The notes under the pieces are model-generated. The model saw nothing but the letters and a program-made list of their open reading frames with translations, was not told the origin of the DNA and made no database searches. Shown here piece by piece: positions 45,030 through 57,876 of a DNA stretch of 64,000 bases (its first letter is position 1; each line of letters starts with the position of its first letter). The stretch is taken from contig OY734803.1 of assembly GCA_963457535.1 (NCBI GenBank), positions 1,812,977-1,876,976 on the forward strand, written 5' to 3'. Both the position numbers and the translations under genes were made by a program. Origin of the DNA: Arenicellales bacterium (GTDB lineage Bacteria; Pseudomonadota; Gammaproteobacteria; Arenicellales; Poriferihabitantaceae).

Positions 45030-45371
45030 ATGAAACGCGCAGAAAAAAAGCCGCGAAAAAAGGCCGCTCGCCGCGCGCGGACACCGCCGCCGCCACGGCG
45101 AACCGCGGCCTCGGTCGCCATCGTCTGGGCGCTGGTGCTCGCCTCGGCGCTTGCGGTGGTCACCGTGCGCCACCAAAACCGCCAGGCTTTTGTCTCATTG
45201 CGGCAGGCCGAGGACGCGCAAAGCGAACTGCAGTTTGAACACGGCCGGCTGCTGCTGGAGCGCACCACCTGGGCGCGCCGCCGCCACATCGTCGGCGCCG
45301 CGCGCGAACGGCTCGGCATGGGCGAGCCGGCGCCGAATGAAATCATCACGCTGACGCTGGAGCGCGAATAA
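45030..45371 (+). CDS. ftsL: Cell division protein FtsL
   Basis: ATG 45030, in the frame of ORF 44469..45371. It encodes 113 aa: a basic N-terminus, a single TM segment (VAIVWALVLASALAVVTV) and a coiled-coil-like region. It occupies the canonical position between rsmH and ftsI. Confidence 0.85.
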   Translation: MKRAEKKPRKKAARRARTPPPPRRTAASVAIVWALVLASALAVVTVRHQNRQAFVSLRQAEDAQSELQFEHGRLLLERTTWARRRHIVGAARERLGMGEPAPNEIITLTLERE

Positions 45372-47047
45372 TGGCGGAAGAACAACCGAAGCCGCAGGCC
45401 TGGCGCCGCCACCTGGTGTTTTTGGTGATGCTCGCCGCGTTCGCGCTGCTCGGCCTGCGCGTGGTGCACCTGCAGACCGCCGAGCGCGAGCGCCTGCGCG
45501 AGCAGGGCGACGCGCGCTACCTGCGCGAGTTGAGCGTGGCGCCGGCGCGCGGACGGATTCTCGACCGCAACGGCCGCGCGCTTGCGATCAGTACGCCGGT
45601 CGCGACTCTGTGGGCCGAGCCGCCGCGGTTTTGCGCGCGCCCGCAGCGCTGGGAGGAGATGCTGAAACTGCCCGACATCACGGTCACCGAGAAGCAATTG
45701 CGCGCGCGCTGCGCGCGGCGCAAAAACCACGGCTTCATGTATGTGCAGCGCCGCCTGCCGCCGCGCACCGCCGAACTCGCGCTGCAGTTGGCGCCGCCGG
45801 GTTTGTCGGCGCAGCGCGAATACAAACGCTACTACCCGAACGGGCCGGCCGGCGCGCACCTGGTCGGCTTCACCGACCTGGACGACATCGGCCAGGAAGG
45901 ACTGGAGGGCGCGTATCAATCACAGCTCGCCGGCGTGCCCGGGCGCATGCGCGGCTTCAAGGACCGCTCCGGAAATTATGTGGAGAGCGTGGAAAGCATC
46001 CGCCAGGTGCGCCACGGCGGCGACCTGGTCATCAGCATTGACCAGCGCGTGCAGGCGATGGCCGCCGATTATCTGGAGGCCGCGGTGCACAAGCACCGCG
46101 CGCGCGGCGGCAGCGTGATCGCCATCGGCGTGCCGAGCGGCGAAATTCTCGGCATGGTCAATTCGCCGCAGTTCAACCCGAACAACCGCGCCACGCTGGA
46201 CGCGAGCGCCTACCGCAACCGCAGCGTCACCGACCTGATTGAGCCGGGCTCCACGGTCAAGCCGTTCAGCGTGGCCATGGCGCTGGAGAGCGGCAAGGTG
46301 CGCCCGGAAACCATGGTGGAAACCGCGCCGGGAAAAATGCGGCTCGGCAGCCGAACCATCTCCGACGTGCGCAACTTCGGCGAGATTCCGGTGATTGATG
46401 TGATCGCCAAATCCAGCAATGTCGGCGTCGCCAAACTCGCGCTGGAATTTCCGTATGACGATTTGTTCGGCACCTTCGCCGCGCTCGGTTTCGGCAAGCG
46501 CGCCGGCGGCCTGCCCGGCGAAGTCTCCGGCGTGCTGGAGCGCCGCCCGCGGCGCGTCGACCACGCCACGCTCGCCTACGGTTACGGCATGTCGGTTACG
46601 CCGCTGCAACTCGCGCGCGCTTACACGGTGTTCGCCACCGACGGCGAATTGCTGCCGTTGACGCTGGCGCGCAAACCGCCCGGTTACCGCGCGCCCGGCA
46701 CGCGCGTGTTCGGCGCGCAAACCGCGAGCGAGGTGCGCGAGATGCTCGGCCGCGCGGTGTCCCTCGGCACCGCGCGGCGCGCGCGCATTCCGCGCTACCA
46801 CGCCGGCGGCAAGACCGGCACCACGCGCAAGTTGATTGACGGCGAGTACTCCGAAGACCATTACATCTCGGTGTTCGCCGGCCTCGCGCCGCTGGACGCG
46901 CCGCGCTTCGTGGTGGTGGTCACGCTGGACGACCCGCGCGGAAAGTTTTATTACGGCGGCGACGTCGCCGCGCCGGTTTTCGCAAAGTTGATGCGCGACC
47001 TGATGCGCCTCTACAACATCAAACCCGACGCCGCGGGGTCCATATGA
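45371..47047 (+). CDS. ftsI: Peptidoglycan D,D-transpeptidase FtsI (PBP3)
   Basis: ORF 45371..47047. Penicillin-binding motifs: STVKP (SxxK), SSN and KTGT. Confidence 0.94.
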   Translation: MAEEQPKPQAWRRHLVFLVMLAAFALLGLRVVHLQTAERERLREQGDARYLRELSVAPARGRILDRNGRALAISTPVATLWAEPPRFCARPQRWEEMLKLPDITVTEKQLRARCARRKNHGFMYVQRRLPPRTAELALQLAPPGLSAQREYKRYYPNGPAGAHLVGFTDLDDIGQEGLEGAYQSQLAGVPGRMRGFKDRSGNYVESVESIRQVRHGGDLVISIDQRVQAMAADYLEAAVHKHRARGGSVIAIGVPSGEILGMVNSPQFNPNNRATLDASAYRNRSVTDLIEPGSTVKPFSVAMALESGKVRPETMVETAPGKMRLGSRTISDVRNFGEIPVIDVIAKSSNVGVAKLALEFPYDDLFGTFAALGFGKRAGGLPGEVSGVLERRPRRVDHATLAYGYGMSVTPLQLARAYTVFATDGELLPLTLARKPPGYRAPGTRVFGAQTASEVREMLGRAVSLGTARRARIPRYHAGGKTGTTRKLIDGEYSEDHYISVFAGLAPLDAPRFVVVVTLDDPRGKFYYGGDVAAPVFAKLMRDLMRLYNIKPDAAGSI

Positions 47048-48606
47048 GCGCGCGCGCACAAACGGCCGGCGCGGCCGAGACCGCGCGGAAATTTCCGCCG
47101 AAGTCGCTGCGCGAATTGCTGCGCGGCATGGCCGAGGTGGGGCGGCGCGACGAGCGCGAGATTCGCGGCATCAGCATGGACAGCCGCAGCATCGGCGCCG
47201 GCGAACTTTTCATCGCGCTGCCGGGCGGCGCGCATGACGGCCGCGACCACATTCAAGACGCGCTCGCCGGCGGCGCGGCCGCGGTGGCGCGCGAAGCGTC
47301 GGCCGGCGCGGCTACGCGCGCGCGCCGCCGCCGTTCCGAAGCCGCGCCGCGCGGCGCAAGCGCGCGCGGCGCGCCGAGTTTTGACATTCCCGATTTGCGC
47401 CGGCATGTCGGCGCGATCGCCGCGCGCTTTTACGATCACCCGTCGGCAAACATGCGGCTCATCGGCATCACCGGCACCAACGGCAAAACCACCTGCGCGT
47501 ATCTGCTGGCGCAGGCGCTCGGCGCGCTCGGCCGGCGCTGCGCATTGGTCGGCACGCTCGGCGCCGGCTTTGCCGGCGCGCTGCGCCCCGGCGAACTGAC
47601 CACGCCGGGCGCGGCCGACACGCAGCGCATCCTCGCCGAGTTGCGCGCCGAAAGCGCCGAGGATGTCTGCCTGGAAACTTCGTCGCACGCGCTGGCGCAG
47701 GGGCGCGTCAATTGCGTGGAGTTTGACATCGCGCTGCTGACCAACCTGAGCCGCGACCATTTGGATTACCACGGCGACATGCGCTCGTATGCGCGCGCCA
47801 AGGAAATTTTGTTTCGCTGCGAGCGGCTCGGCGCGGCCGTGATCAACATTGACGACCCGTTCGGGCGCGAGTTGCTGCGGCGGCACCGCGCCGCGTCCTG
47901 CCTGCGCTACGGCATGCGCAGCGGCGATGTGCGCGCGCACAAAGTGCGCCTGAGCGACCGCGGCATTGAAATGGAACTTGAACACACCGCGCTCGGGCGG
48001 CGCGCGCAACTGCGCTCGCGCCTGCTCGGCGCGCTCAATGCGCCGAACCTGCTGGCCGCGGCCGCGGTGCTGGTCGCATGCGGCTTTGCGCTCGGCGAGG
48101 CCGCGGACGCGCTCGGCGAATGCGCGCCGCCGCCGGGGCGGATGGAATTGTGGCGCGCCGAAAACACGCCGGGCGTGGTGGTGGATTACGCGCATACGCC
48201 GGACGCGCTCGCGCGCGCGCTGGAATCGCTCGGCGCGCTGTGCCGCGGCCGGCTGTGGGTGGTGTTCGGCTGCGGCGGCGACCGCGACCGCGGCAAGCGC
48301 GCGCGCATGGGCGCGGCCGCCGAAGCCTTCGCCGCGCGCGTCATCGTCACCGACGACAATCCGCGAAACGAAGATCCGGCGCAAATCGCCGCGCAAATCG
48401 CGGCCGGCATGAGCGCGCCGCCGGTCATCATTCACGACCGCCGCCGCGCGATTCACGCCGCGCTCGCCGCGGCCGCGCCCGAGGATATGGTGCTGGTCGC
48501 CGGCAAAGGGCACGAGACCGCGCAAAACCGCGGCGCGCGCGTGGTCCGTTTCAGCGACCGCGAGGTGGTGCGCGACGCGCTCGGCATCGCCGAGGGGCGG
48601 GCATGA
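47044..48606 (+). CDS. murE: UDP-N-acetylmuramoyl-L-alanyl-D-glutamate--2,6-diaminopimelate ligase
   Basis: ORF 47044..48606. Motifs: GITGTNGKTT and DNPRNEDP. Position in the dcw cluster supports the call. Confidence 0.93.
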   Translation: MSARAQTAGAAETARKFPPKSLRELLRGMAEVGRRDEREIRGISMDSRSIGAGELFIALPGGAHDGRDHIQDALAGGAAAVAREASAGAATRARRRRSEAAPRGASARGAPSFDIPDLRRHVGAIAARFYDHPSANMRLIGITGTNGKTTCAYLLAQALGALGRRCALVGTLGAGFAGALRPGELTTPGAADTQRILAELRAESAEDVCLETSSHALAQGRVNCVEFDIALLTNLSRDHLDYHGDMRSYARAKEILFRCERLGAAVINIDDPFGRELLRRHRAASCLRYGMRSGDVRAHKVRLSDRGIEMELEHTALGRRAQLRSRLLGALNAPNLLAAAAVLVACGFALGEAADALGECAPPPGRMELWRAENTPGVVVDYAHTPDALARALESLGALCRGRLWVVFGCGGDRDRGKRARMGAAAEAFAARVIVTDDNPRNEDPAQIAAQIAAGMSAPPVIIHDRRRAIHAALAAAAPEDMVLVAGKGHETAQNRGARVVRFSDREVVRDALGIAEGRA

Positions 48607-50024
48607 TGCGCCTGTCGGAAGCGGCGGCGGTTACGCGCGGCGCGTTGCGCGGGGCGGACGCGGTGTTTGAGGGCGTCGCCATAGATTCGCGCCGCGCCGC
48701 GCGCGGCGATTTGTTCGTCGCCATCGGCGGCGCGCGCCGCGACGGCCACGATTTCATCGCGCAGGCGCGCGAGGCCGGCGCGGCCGGCGCGCTGGTTTCA
48801 CGCGCGCGCGCGCGCGCCGGGCGCGCCGGCGGCGAACTGCCGCATGTCGCGGTCGGCGACACCACCGAAGCGCTCGGCCGCCTCGGCGCGCACTGGCGCG
48901 GCCGTTTTGACATTCCGCTGGTCGCGGTCACCGGCAGCAACGGCAAGACCAGCGTGACCGCGATGCTCGCCTCCATCTTCAGCCGCGCCGGCAAGTGCCT
49001 CGCGCCGCGCGCGAGTTTTAACAACCAGTGGGGCGTGCCGCTGACGCTGCTGCGCCTGCGCGCGCACCACACCCACGCGGTGGTGGAGATGGGCATGAAC
49101 CGCGCCGGCGAAATTGAAAAGTTGTGCGCATTGGCGCGGCCGCGCATCGCGCTGGTCACCAATGTCGCGCCGGCGCACCTCGCTGGCGCCGGGCTGAAAA
49201 ACCTGCAGGGCGTGGCCGAGGCGAAAGCGGAAATTTTTTCGCATCTCGCGCATGACGGCGTCGCGGTGCTGAACGCGGACGACCGCTTCCACGCGTTTTT
49301 CGCCGAGCGCGCGGCGCGCCACAAGCGGCTGAGTTTCGGCATTGACGGCCGCGTCCCGGCTGATGTGCGCGCGCGTGAATGCGCGCAAGAGGGCGCCGGC
49401 AGCGCGTTTGAACTTTGCGTCGGCGAGCGCCGCGCGCGCGTCCGGCTGCGCCTGCTCGGCGCGCACAATGTGCGCAACGCGCTCGCCGCGGCCGCGGCCG
49501 CGCATGCGGCCGGCGCCGCGCTCGGCGACATCCGCGACGGACTGGAGGCGTTTCGCGCGCTGCCCGGGCGGCTGCGCGAATTGCCGGGACCCGGCGGCGC
49601 GGTGATTCTTGACGACGCCTACAACGCCAACCCGGCTTCGCTGAAAGCCGCGCTGGATGTGCTGTCGCGCCGCGCCGCGCCGCGCATCGCGGTGCTCGGC
49701 GCGATGGCAGAACTCGGCGCGCGCAGCGAGGCGCTGCACTTTGACGCCGGCGCATACGCGCGCCAGGCAGGCGTGGCGCGCCTGTTCTGCTTCGGGCCGG
49801 CCGACCAGGCCGGACTCGCCGGTTACATGCGCGGTTTCGGCGACGGCGCAAAACGCGTCGGCAAACTCGGCGCGCTGCTCTCGCAGTTGCAGCCGCTGCT
49901 CGCCGGAAACGACGGCGCGAGCGTGCTGGTCAAGGGCTCGCGCGCGGCCGCGATGGAGCGCGTGGTGGAAGCGCTCGCGTCGGAAACCGCGCCCGCACAG
50001 CAGGCAGGAGGCGCGGCATGCTGA
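48603..50024 (+). CDS. murF: UDP-N-acetylmuramoyl-tripeptide--D-alanyl-D-alanine ligase
   Basis: This is the frame of ORF 48078..50024, trimmed to ATG 48603 ([15 protein letters not shown]...), overlapping the murE stop. Motif: VTGSNGKTS. Confidence 0.92.
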   Translation: MMRLSEAAAVTRGALRGADAVFEGVAIDSRRAARGDLFVAIGGARRDGHDFIAQAREAGAAGALVSRARARAGRAGGELPHVAVGDTTEALGRLGAHWRGRFDIPLVAVTGSNGKTSVTAMLASIFSRAGKCLAPRASFNNQWGVPLTLLRLRAHHTHAVVEMGMNRAGEIEKLCALARPRIALVTNVAPAHLAGAGLKNLQGVAEAKAEIFSHLAHDGVAVLNADDRFHAFFAERAARHKRLSFGIDGRVPADVRARECAQEGAGSAFELCVGERRARVRLRLLGAHNVRNALAAAAAAHAAGAALGDIRDGLEAFRALPGRLRELPGPGGAVILDDAYNANPASLKAALDVLSRRAAPRIAVLGAMAELGARSEALHFDAGAYARQAGVARLFCFGPADQAGLAGYMRGFGDGAKRVGKLGALLSQLQPLLAGNDGASVLVKGSRAAAMERVVEALASETAPAQQAGGAAC

Positions 50025-51100
50025 CCTGGCTCTTCGAACAACTCGCGCGCGATTACAGCGCCTTCAACGTGTTCCGCTACCTGACCTTCCGCGGCATCTG
50101 CGGCGTGCTGACCGCGCTGTCCATCTGCTTCGTGTTCGGGCCCGCGGCCATTCGCCGCCTGAGCAAATACAAAGTGCGGCAGACGGTGCGCACCGACGGG
50201 CCGCCCACGCACTTTGAAAAAGTCGGCACGCCGACCATGGGCGGCAGTTTGATATTGATCGCGCTGGTGGTGGCGACGCTGCTTTGGGGCGACCTCGGCA
50301 ACCGCTTCATCTGGGCGATCCTGTTCACCACCATAACCTTCGGCGCAATCGGCTGGCTGGACGACTACCGCAAACTGGTCGACCGCAACCCGCGCGGCAT
50401 GGGCGCGCTCAACAAATTCCTCAGCCAAAGCGTCGCCGGCCTGGTCGCCGCGCTGTTTTTGTATTTCACCGCGGTTTCCCCGGCCGAAACCGAATTGCTG
50501 GTGCCGCTGTTCAAGCAGGTCGCGATTCCGCTCGGCTGGGGTTTCGTGGTGCTCGCCTGGCTGACCGTGGTCGCCACCAGCAACGCGGTCAACCTGACCG
50601 ACGGCTTGGACGGCCTGGCCATCATGCCGAGCGTGATGGTCGCCGGCGCGCTCGGCGTGTTCGCCTACGCCAGCGGCAATTTGTTTTACGCCGAATACCT
50701 CGGCATCCCCTACATCAAAGGCGCCGGCGAAGTGCTGGTGTTTTGCGCCGCGCTGGTCGGCGCCGGGCTTGGCTTCTTGTGGTTCAACACCTACCCGGCG
50801 CAGGTGTTCATGGGCGACATCGGCGCGCTCTCGCTCGGCGCGGCGATAGGCCTGGTCGCGGTCATCGTCCGCCAGGAAATCGTGCTGATCATCATGGGCG
50901 GCGTGTTCGTGGTGGAAACCGTGTCGGTGATTCTGCAGGTCGCCTCGTTCAAACTGGTCGGGCGGCGCATCTTTAAGATGGCGCCGCTGCACCATCACTT
51001 TGAAATGAAAGGCTGGCCCGAGCCGCGCGTCATCGTGCGCTTTTGGATCATCAGCCTGATACTGGTGCTGGTCGGGCTTGCAACGCTGAAGGTGCGGTGA
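50018..51100 (+). CDS. mraY: Phospho-N-acetylmuramoyl-pentapeptide-transferase
   Basis: ORF 50018..51100. It is a polytopic membrane protein with [14 protein letters not shown] and a C-terminal APLHHHFE. Confidence 0.95.
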   Translation: MLTWLFEQLARDYSAFNVFRYLTFRGICGVLTALSICFVFGPAAIRRLSKYKVRQTVRTDGPPTHFEKVGTPTMGGSLILIALVVATLLWGDLGNRFIWAILFTTITFGAIGWLDDYRKLVDRNPRGMGALNKFLSQSVAGLVAALFLYFTAVSPAETELLVPLFKQVAIPLGWGFVVLAWLTVVATSNAVNLTDGLDGLAIMPSVMVAGALGVFAYASGNLFYAEYLGIPYIKGAGEVLVFCAALVGAGLGFLWFNTYPAQVFMGDIGALSLGAAIGLVAVIVRQEIVLIIMGGVFVVETVSVILQVASFKLVGRRIFKMAPLHHHFEMKGWPEPRVIVRFWIISLILVLVGLATLKVR

Positions 51101-51102
51101 AC

Positions 51103-52440
51103 ATGAACGCGCGCGAAAAATCCACGCTGGTGCTCGGGCTCGGGCGAACCGGTTATTCGGTGGTCGCGCACCTCGCCGCGCGCGGCGACGCCGGGCGCAT
51201 CACCGCGGCCGATTCGCGCGAGCGCGCGCCCTGCGCGGCGCGCGTGCGCGAGCGTTTTCCGCGCGTGCGCGTGATCACCGGCCGCCTGCCTTTTGAGCGC
51301 ATGGCGCAGTTTGACCGCGTGGTCGCGAGCCCCGGCGTGAAGGTGGCGCGCGCGCCGGCGGTGCGCGTCATCGGCGACATTGAATTGTTCGCCGAAAGCG
51401 CGCGCGCGCCGGTCATCGCCATCACCGGCTCCAACGGGAAATCCACCGTGACCACGCTGGTCGCCGACATGCTGGCCGCGGCCGGCAAGCGCGTGCTGCG
51501 CGGCGGCAACCTCGGCACGCCGGCGCTGGAATTGCTGGAAGATGCGGACGCAGGCGAGGCGCCGGATTTTTATGTGCTGGAACTCTCCAGTTTCCAGTTG
51601 GAAAACACCTACAGCCTGAGCGCGGCCGCAGCCTCGGTGCTGAACATCAGCGCCGACCACTTGGACCGCCACGGCGACCTGGCGAATTACACCGCCATCA
51701 AAGCGCGCGTGCTGCGCGGCGCGTCATGCGTGCGCGTGCTGAACCGCGACGACCCGGCCTCGCGCGAATTGCTGCGCGCGCATCCGGACGCGGTCACTTT
51801 CGGCCTCGGCCGCCCGAACGCGCGCCACTACGGAATCGCCGATGAACATTTGTGCCGCGGCGAGACGCGCCTCGCGCCGCTTTCGCGGCTGCGGCTGCAG
51901 GGCGCGCACAACGCGGCAAACGCGCTCGCCGCGTTGGCGCTCGCCGAGGCCGCCGGAGTCGCGCCCGAGGGCGACGCGCTGGAGGCGGTGCTCGCGCACC
52001 GCGGGCTGGAGCACCGCTGCGAACTCGCCGCCGAAATCGGCGGCGTCAAATGGATCAACGACTCCAAAGGCACCAATGTCGGCGCCAGTCTGGCCGCGCT
52101 CGGCGGCCTGCGCGGCGAACTGATCTGGATCGGCGGCGGCATCGGCAAGGGCGCGGACTTCACGCCGCTGCGCGCGCCGCTGCGCGAACGCGCGCGCGCC
52201 GCGGTGCTGTTCGGCCGCGACGCGGCGCAAATTGAAGCCGCGATTGCCGGCGCCACCGAAGTGCTGCGCGCGCGCGACCTGGCGCACGCGGTGGAAATCG
52301 CGGCCGCGCGCGCGCGCGCCGGGCAGGCCGTGGTGTTCTCGCCGGCCTGCTCCAGTTTTGACATGTTTAAAGACTACGCCGAGCGCGGCCGCGCCTTCAA
52401 AAAACTGGCCGGCGCGCTCGCCGAAGGAGGGGCGCGATGA
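51103..52440 (+). CDS. murD: UDP-N-acetylmuramoylalanine--D-glutamate ligase
   Basis: This is the frame of ORF 51043..52440, trimmed to ATG 51103 (MNAREKSTLVLGLGRTGYSVV...). Motif: ITGSNGKST. Confidence 0.92.
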   Translation: MNAREKSTLVLGLGRTGYSVVAHLAARGDAGRITAADSRERAPCAARVRERFPRVRVITGRLPFERMAQFDRVVASPGVKVARAPAVRVIGDIELFAESARAPVIAITGSNGKSTVTTLVADMLAAAGKRVLRGGNLGTPALELLEDADAGEAPDFYVLELSSFQLENTYSLSAAAASVLNISADHLDRHGDLANYTAIKARVLRGASCVRVLNRDDPASRELLRAHPDAVTFGLGRPNARHYGIADEHLCRGETRLAPLSRLRLQGAHNAANALAALALAEAAGVAPEGDALEAVLAHRGLEHRCELAAEIGGVKWINDSKGTNVGASLAALGGLRGELIWIGGGIGKGADFTPLRAPLRERARAAVLFGRDAAQIEAAIAGATEVLRARDLAHAVEIAAARARAGQAVVFSPACSSFDMFKDYAERGRAFKKLAGALAEGGAR

Positions 52441-53627
52441 GCCCGCGCGCCAGGCACGACGCGGATGCGGTGATGCCGCCGCGCGCGCGCGCGGCCGAAC
52501 CGGGGCGCGCGCTCGGCTACGACGTGCCGCTGTGCTTCGCGCTCGCCGCGCTGCTGTCCATCGGCGTGGTGATGGTGTATTCGTCTTCCATCGCGGCCGA
52601 CAGCGCGACGCTGCGCATCACGCCGCACCACCTGCTGCGCCAACTCGCGCACATCGCGGCCGGCGGCGCGCTGATGCTGCTGCTCGCGCACGCGCGCCCG
52701 GAATTGCTGCAGCGCGCCAGCCGGCCGCTGCTCGCCGGAAGTTTGCTGCTGCTCGGCGCGGTGCTTTTGCCGGGCGCCGGCGTGGAAATCAACGGCAGCA
52801 TGCGCTGGATAGAATTCGGCGGGGTGCGCCTGCAGCCGTCCGAGTTTGCGAAAGTCGCCGTGGTCATGTATTTCGCCGATTATTTTTCGCGCAAGCAACA
52901 CGAACTGCACCGCTTCCGCGTCGGCGTGCTCAATGTCGGCTGGGTGGTCGGCATCACCGGCGCGCTGCTGTTTTTGGAGCCGGATTTCGGCGCGACCGCG
53001 GTGCTGGCCGCGGCGGTCGCCGCGATGATGTTTTTGGCCGGCGTGCGCTTCTGGCATTTCTGCGCGAGCATCGGCGTCGCCGGCGGATTGATGGGCGCGC
53101 TGTTGTGGATGGAGCCCTACCGCGTCGCCCGCCTGATCAGCCACCGCAACCCGTGGGCCGATCCGTTTGACGGTGGCTTTCAACTCGTGCAGGCGCTGAT
53201 CGCCATCGGACGCGGCGAATGGCTCGGCGCCGGGCTCGGCAACAGCATCCAAAAATTGCGCCACCTGCCGCATGCCAACACCGACTTTCTGGTCGCGGTC
53301 ATCGGCGAGGAACTCGGCGCGGCCGGCATCTTCGGCGTGCTGATTTTGTTCGCGGTGCTGCTGTGGCGCGCGTTCGTCATTTCCGAGCGCGCCTTCGGCT
53401 GCGGCGAGCGTTTCGCCGGCCTGCTCGCGCAGGGCGCGGGCCTGCTGCTGGCGATTCAGGCGGCCGTGCATATCGGCGTCAACACCGGGTTGCTGCCGAC
53501 CAAAGGGCTGACGCTGCCGCTGGTCAGTTACGGCGGCTCCAGCATGCTCGCCAGCATGGCCGCGGCCGGCCTGCTGCTCGCCGCCGACCGCTGCGCGCGC
53601 CAGGCGGCGCGGGGGGCGCCGGCATGA
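52437..53627 (+). CDS. ftsW: Peptidoglycan glycosyltransferase FtsW (SEDS family)
   Basis: ORF 52437..53627. It is a multi-TM SEDS protein with HLPHANTDFLVAVIGEELG and LPLVSYGGSS. Confidence 0.92.
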   Translation: MSPRARHDADAVMPPRARAAEPGRALGYDVPLCFALAALLSIGVVMVYSSSIAADSATLRITPHHLLRQLAHIAAGGALMLLLAHARPELLQRASRPLLAGSLLLLGAVLLPGAGVEINGSMRWIEFGGVRLQPSEFAKVAVVMYFADYFSRKQHELHRFRVGVLNVGWVVGITGALLFLEPDFGATAVLAAAVAAMMFLAGVRFWHFCASIGVAGGLMGALLWMEPYRVARLISHRNPWADPFDGGFQLVQALIAIGRGEWLGAGLGNSIQKLRHLPHANTDFLVAVIGEELGAAGIFGVLILFAVLLWRAFVISERAFGCGERFAGLLAQGAGLLLAIQAAVHIGVNTGLLPTKGLTLPLVSYGGSSMLASMAAAGLLLAADRCARQAARGAPA

Positions 53628-54716
53628 ACGCGCGCCGCAAAACCAAAATGCGCATCCTGATTTTCGCCGGCGGCACCGGCGGGCATGTGATGCCCGCGCT
53701 CGCGGTCGCCGAGCAACTGCGCGCGCAGGGCGCCGAGGTGCTGTGGGTCGGCACCTCCGACGGCGTGGAAGCCGCGGTCGCGCCGCGCGCCGGCATTCCG
53801 TTTCGCCGGATTTGGATCAAGGGCGTGCGCGGCGCCGGCGCGGCGCGCTGGCTGACCATGCCGTTTCTGCTGACCTGGGCGATGCTGCAGTCGCTGCTGA
53901 TTTTTTTGCTGTGGCGGCCGCGCTGCGTGCTGGGCATGGGCGGCTTCGTCTCGGGCCCCGGCGGACTGGTCGCGCGGCTGCTGCTGCGGCGGCTGGTGGT
54001 GCACGAGCAAAACACCGTGGCCGGAATGACCAACCGCTGGCTGGCGCGCTTGTCGGCCGAAGCGCTGTGCGGTTTTCCGAAAAGCGACGGGCTGGAAAAC
54101 GCGAAGTGGGTCGGCAACCCGGTGCGCCGCGAAGTGTGCCGGGTGCGCGCGCCGCAGCAGCGGCTGGCGAAACGCAGCGGCGCGCTGCGCGTGCTGATTC
54201 TCGGCGGCAGCCTCGGCGCGCAGGTGTTCAACCGGCACGCGCCCGAATTGCTGGCGCGCGCGCACGCCAAATCGCCGATAGAAATCTGGCACCAATGCGG
54301 CCGCGAGCGCGCCGGCCCGATCAGCGAGCGCTACCTCGCGGCGCGCATGGTCAACCGCGTGTTCAGTTTCATTGAAGACATGGACGCGGCCTATTCGTGG
54401 TGCGACCTGGCGATCTGCCGCGCCGGCGCGGTGACCATCGCCGAGATTTGCGCGGCCGGCGTCGCCGCGTTTTTGGTGCCGTATCCGCATGCGGCCGGCG
54501 GCCACCAGCACCACAACGCGCGGTATTTGCAGGAGCGCAACGCGGCGCGCCTGCTGCCGCAGGAAGAATTTGTCGGCGGCGGCTGGTTGCGCGAACTCGG
54601 CGCGCTGCAGGGCGAGCGCGGGCGGCTGCTGGAACTCGCCGAGGCCGCGCGCGATCTGGCGCGCCCGCAGGCCGCGGAACATGTCGCGCGCATCTGCCTC
54701 GGCGGAGGATACGCCG

Positions 54717-54724
<8 letters not shown>
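53624..54724 (+). CDS. murG: Undecaprenyldiphospho-muramoylpentapeptide beta-N-acetylglucosaminyltransferase
   Basis: This is the frame of ORF 53219..54724, trimmed to ATG 53624, which overlaps the ftsW stop. Motif: FAGGTGGHVMPALAVAEQL. Confidence 0.92.
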
Positions 54725-56146
<1,422 letters not shown>

Positions 56147-56150
<4 letters not shown>

Positions 56151-57049
56151 ACGCCGCGCCCGAATTTTTGCGCGGCTTGCGCGGGCAATTGCGCCTGGAC
56201 GAGCCGATGTCGCGCCACACCAGTTGGCGCGTCGGCGGCGCCGCCGAATATTTCTACGCGCCGGCCGACCGCGACGACCTGGTGGACCTGCTGCGCCGGC
56301 TGCCGCCCGACATGCCGCTGCACTGGGTCGGGCTCGGCAGCAACCTGCTGGTGCGCGACGGCGGCATTCAGGGCATGGTCATCAAGGCGTCAAAAGGGCT
56401 CGGCGCGATGCGTTTTCCGGCGCCCGAAAAAATTCACGCCGAAGCCGGCGTTCCCTGCGCCAAAGTCGCGCGCGCCTCGGTGGAGCGCGGCCTGGCCGGC
56501 GCCGAGTTTCTCGCCGGCGTGCCGGGCACGCTCGGCGGCGCGCTGGCCATGAACGCCGGCGCTTTCGGCGGCGAGACCTGGGACCTGGTCGAGCAGATTG
56601 AATGCGTCGGCCGCGGCGGCGAATGCAGCACCCACCGCGCCGCCGAAATTGACAGCGCCTACCGCAAGGTCAAACTGCCGGCGCGCAAGTGGGTGCTGAG
56701 CGCATTGCTCGCGCTGCGCCGCGACGGCAACGGCGGCGGCAAGCGCCGCATCCGCGAGATGCTCAAAAAACGCGGCGCCACGCAGCCGGTGCAAAGCGCC
56801 AACGCCGGCTCGGTGTTCCGCAACCCCGACGGCGACCACGCCGCGCGCCTGATTGAGCAGGCCGGGCTGAAAGGCGCGCGCGCCGGCGACGCGGTCATCT
56901 CCGAGACCCACGCCAACTTCATCATCAACCGCGGCGGCGCGGCCGCGGCCGACATTGAGGAATTGATTGACACCGCGCGGCGCGAAGTCATGCGGCACAG
57001 CGGCGTGGAACTTTGCGCCGAGGTGCGCATCATCGGGAGGCGCGCATGA
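56147..57049 (+). CDS. murB: UDP-N-acetylenolpyruvoylglucosamine reductase
   Basis: This is the frame of ORF 55937..57049. GTG 56147 overlaps the murC stop (GTGA). The FAD-binding N-terminus is LDEPMSRHTSWRVGGAAEYFY, and SANAGSVFRNP is present. Confidence 0.88.
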
Positions 57050-57876
57050 ACGCGAAGACGACGCGCAAGACCGGCCGGCACGAGAGCCGGAAGAGCCGCA
57101 CCGGCGCGCTGGTCAAGTGGGCGCTGGTCGCGCTGGCAGCGCTGTTCGCCGCGGACGCGCTCTACAACCCGGAAAAGTTCCGCATCAAGGCGGTGGAATT
57201 GCACGGCAGTTTCGAGCGCATTGACGCCGCGCAGGTGGAGCGCGCGGTCGCCGGCGCGCTGCCGGGCAATTACTTCCTCACCGATACCGAAGCCGTGGAA
57301 GAGCGCATCGCCGCATTGCCGTGGGCATACCGCGCGGCGGTGCGGCGCAAGTGGCCCGACACGCTGGTGGTCGCGGTGACCGAAGCGCAGCCGGTGGCGC
57401 GCTGGGGCGCCGAGCAGTGGATGCACGCCAACGGCGACCTCGCCGGCCGGCTGCCCGGCGCCGAGGAGTTGTTGCCGCGCCTGCCGAAATTGTCGGGGCC
57501 CGACGGCAGCCGGCACGCGGTGTGGGGCGCGTATAAAAAGTGGTCGGAAGTGTTCGCGGCGAACGGGCTCGCGCTGGACAGTTTGCGCTTTGATTCGCGC
57601 GGGCTGTGGCACATGCAACTCTCGCTCAGCGCGCTCGCGCGGCAGGCCGGCGAGGCGCAGAATGCGCCGGTCGGGGTGGTGGTGCGCCACGAATACGCCG
57701 ACGCGCGCATCACCCGCTTCGCGCGCACCATGCCGCGCCGCCTGATTTCGCATTTTCCCGAGATGCGCGGCATTGACCTGCGCTATCCGAACGGTTTTGC
57801 GGTCAGCTGGCGCGAAGGCGCGCGCGCGCGCATGAAACGCGCCATCAACTCCGCGGGGGGGGCATCGGCATGGTGA
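57046..57876 (+). CDS. ftsQ: Cell division protein FtsQ
   Basis: ORF 57013..57876 trimmed to ATG 57046 (ATGA overlap with the murB stop). It has a basic N-terminus, a TM segment (WALVALAALFAA) and a POTRA-like FRIKAVELHGSFERIDAAQVERAV. Confidence 0.88.
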   Translation: MNAKTTRKTGRHESRKSRTGALVKWALVALAALFAADALYNPEKFRIKAVELHGSFERIDAAQVERAVAGALPGNYFLTDTEAVEERIAALPWAYRAAVRRKWPDTLVVAVTEAQPVARWGAEQWMHANGDLAGRLPGAEELLPRLPKLSGPDGSRHAVWGAYKKWSEVFAANGLALDSLRFDSRGLWHMQLSLSALARQAGEAQNAPVGVVVRHEYADARITRFARTMPRRLISHFPEMRGIDLRYPNGFAVSWREGARARMKRAINSAGGASAW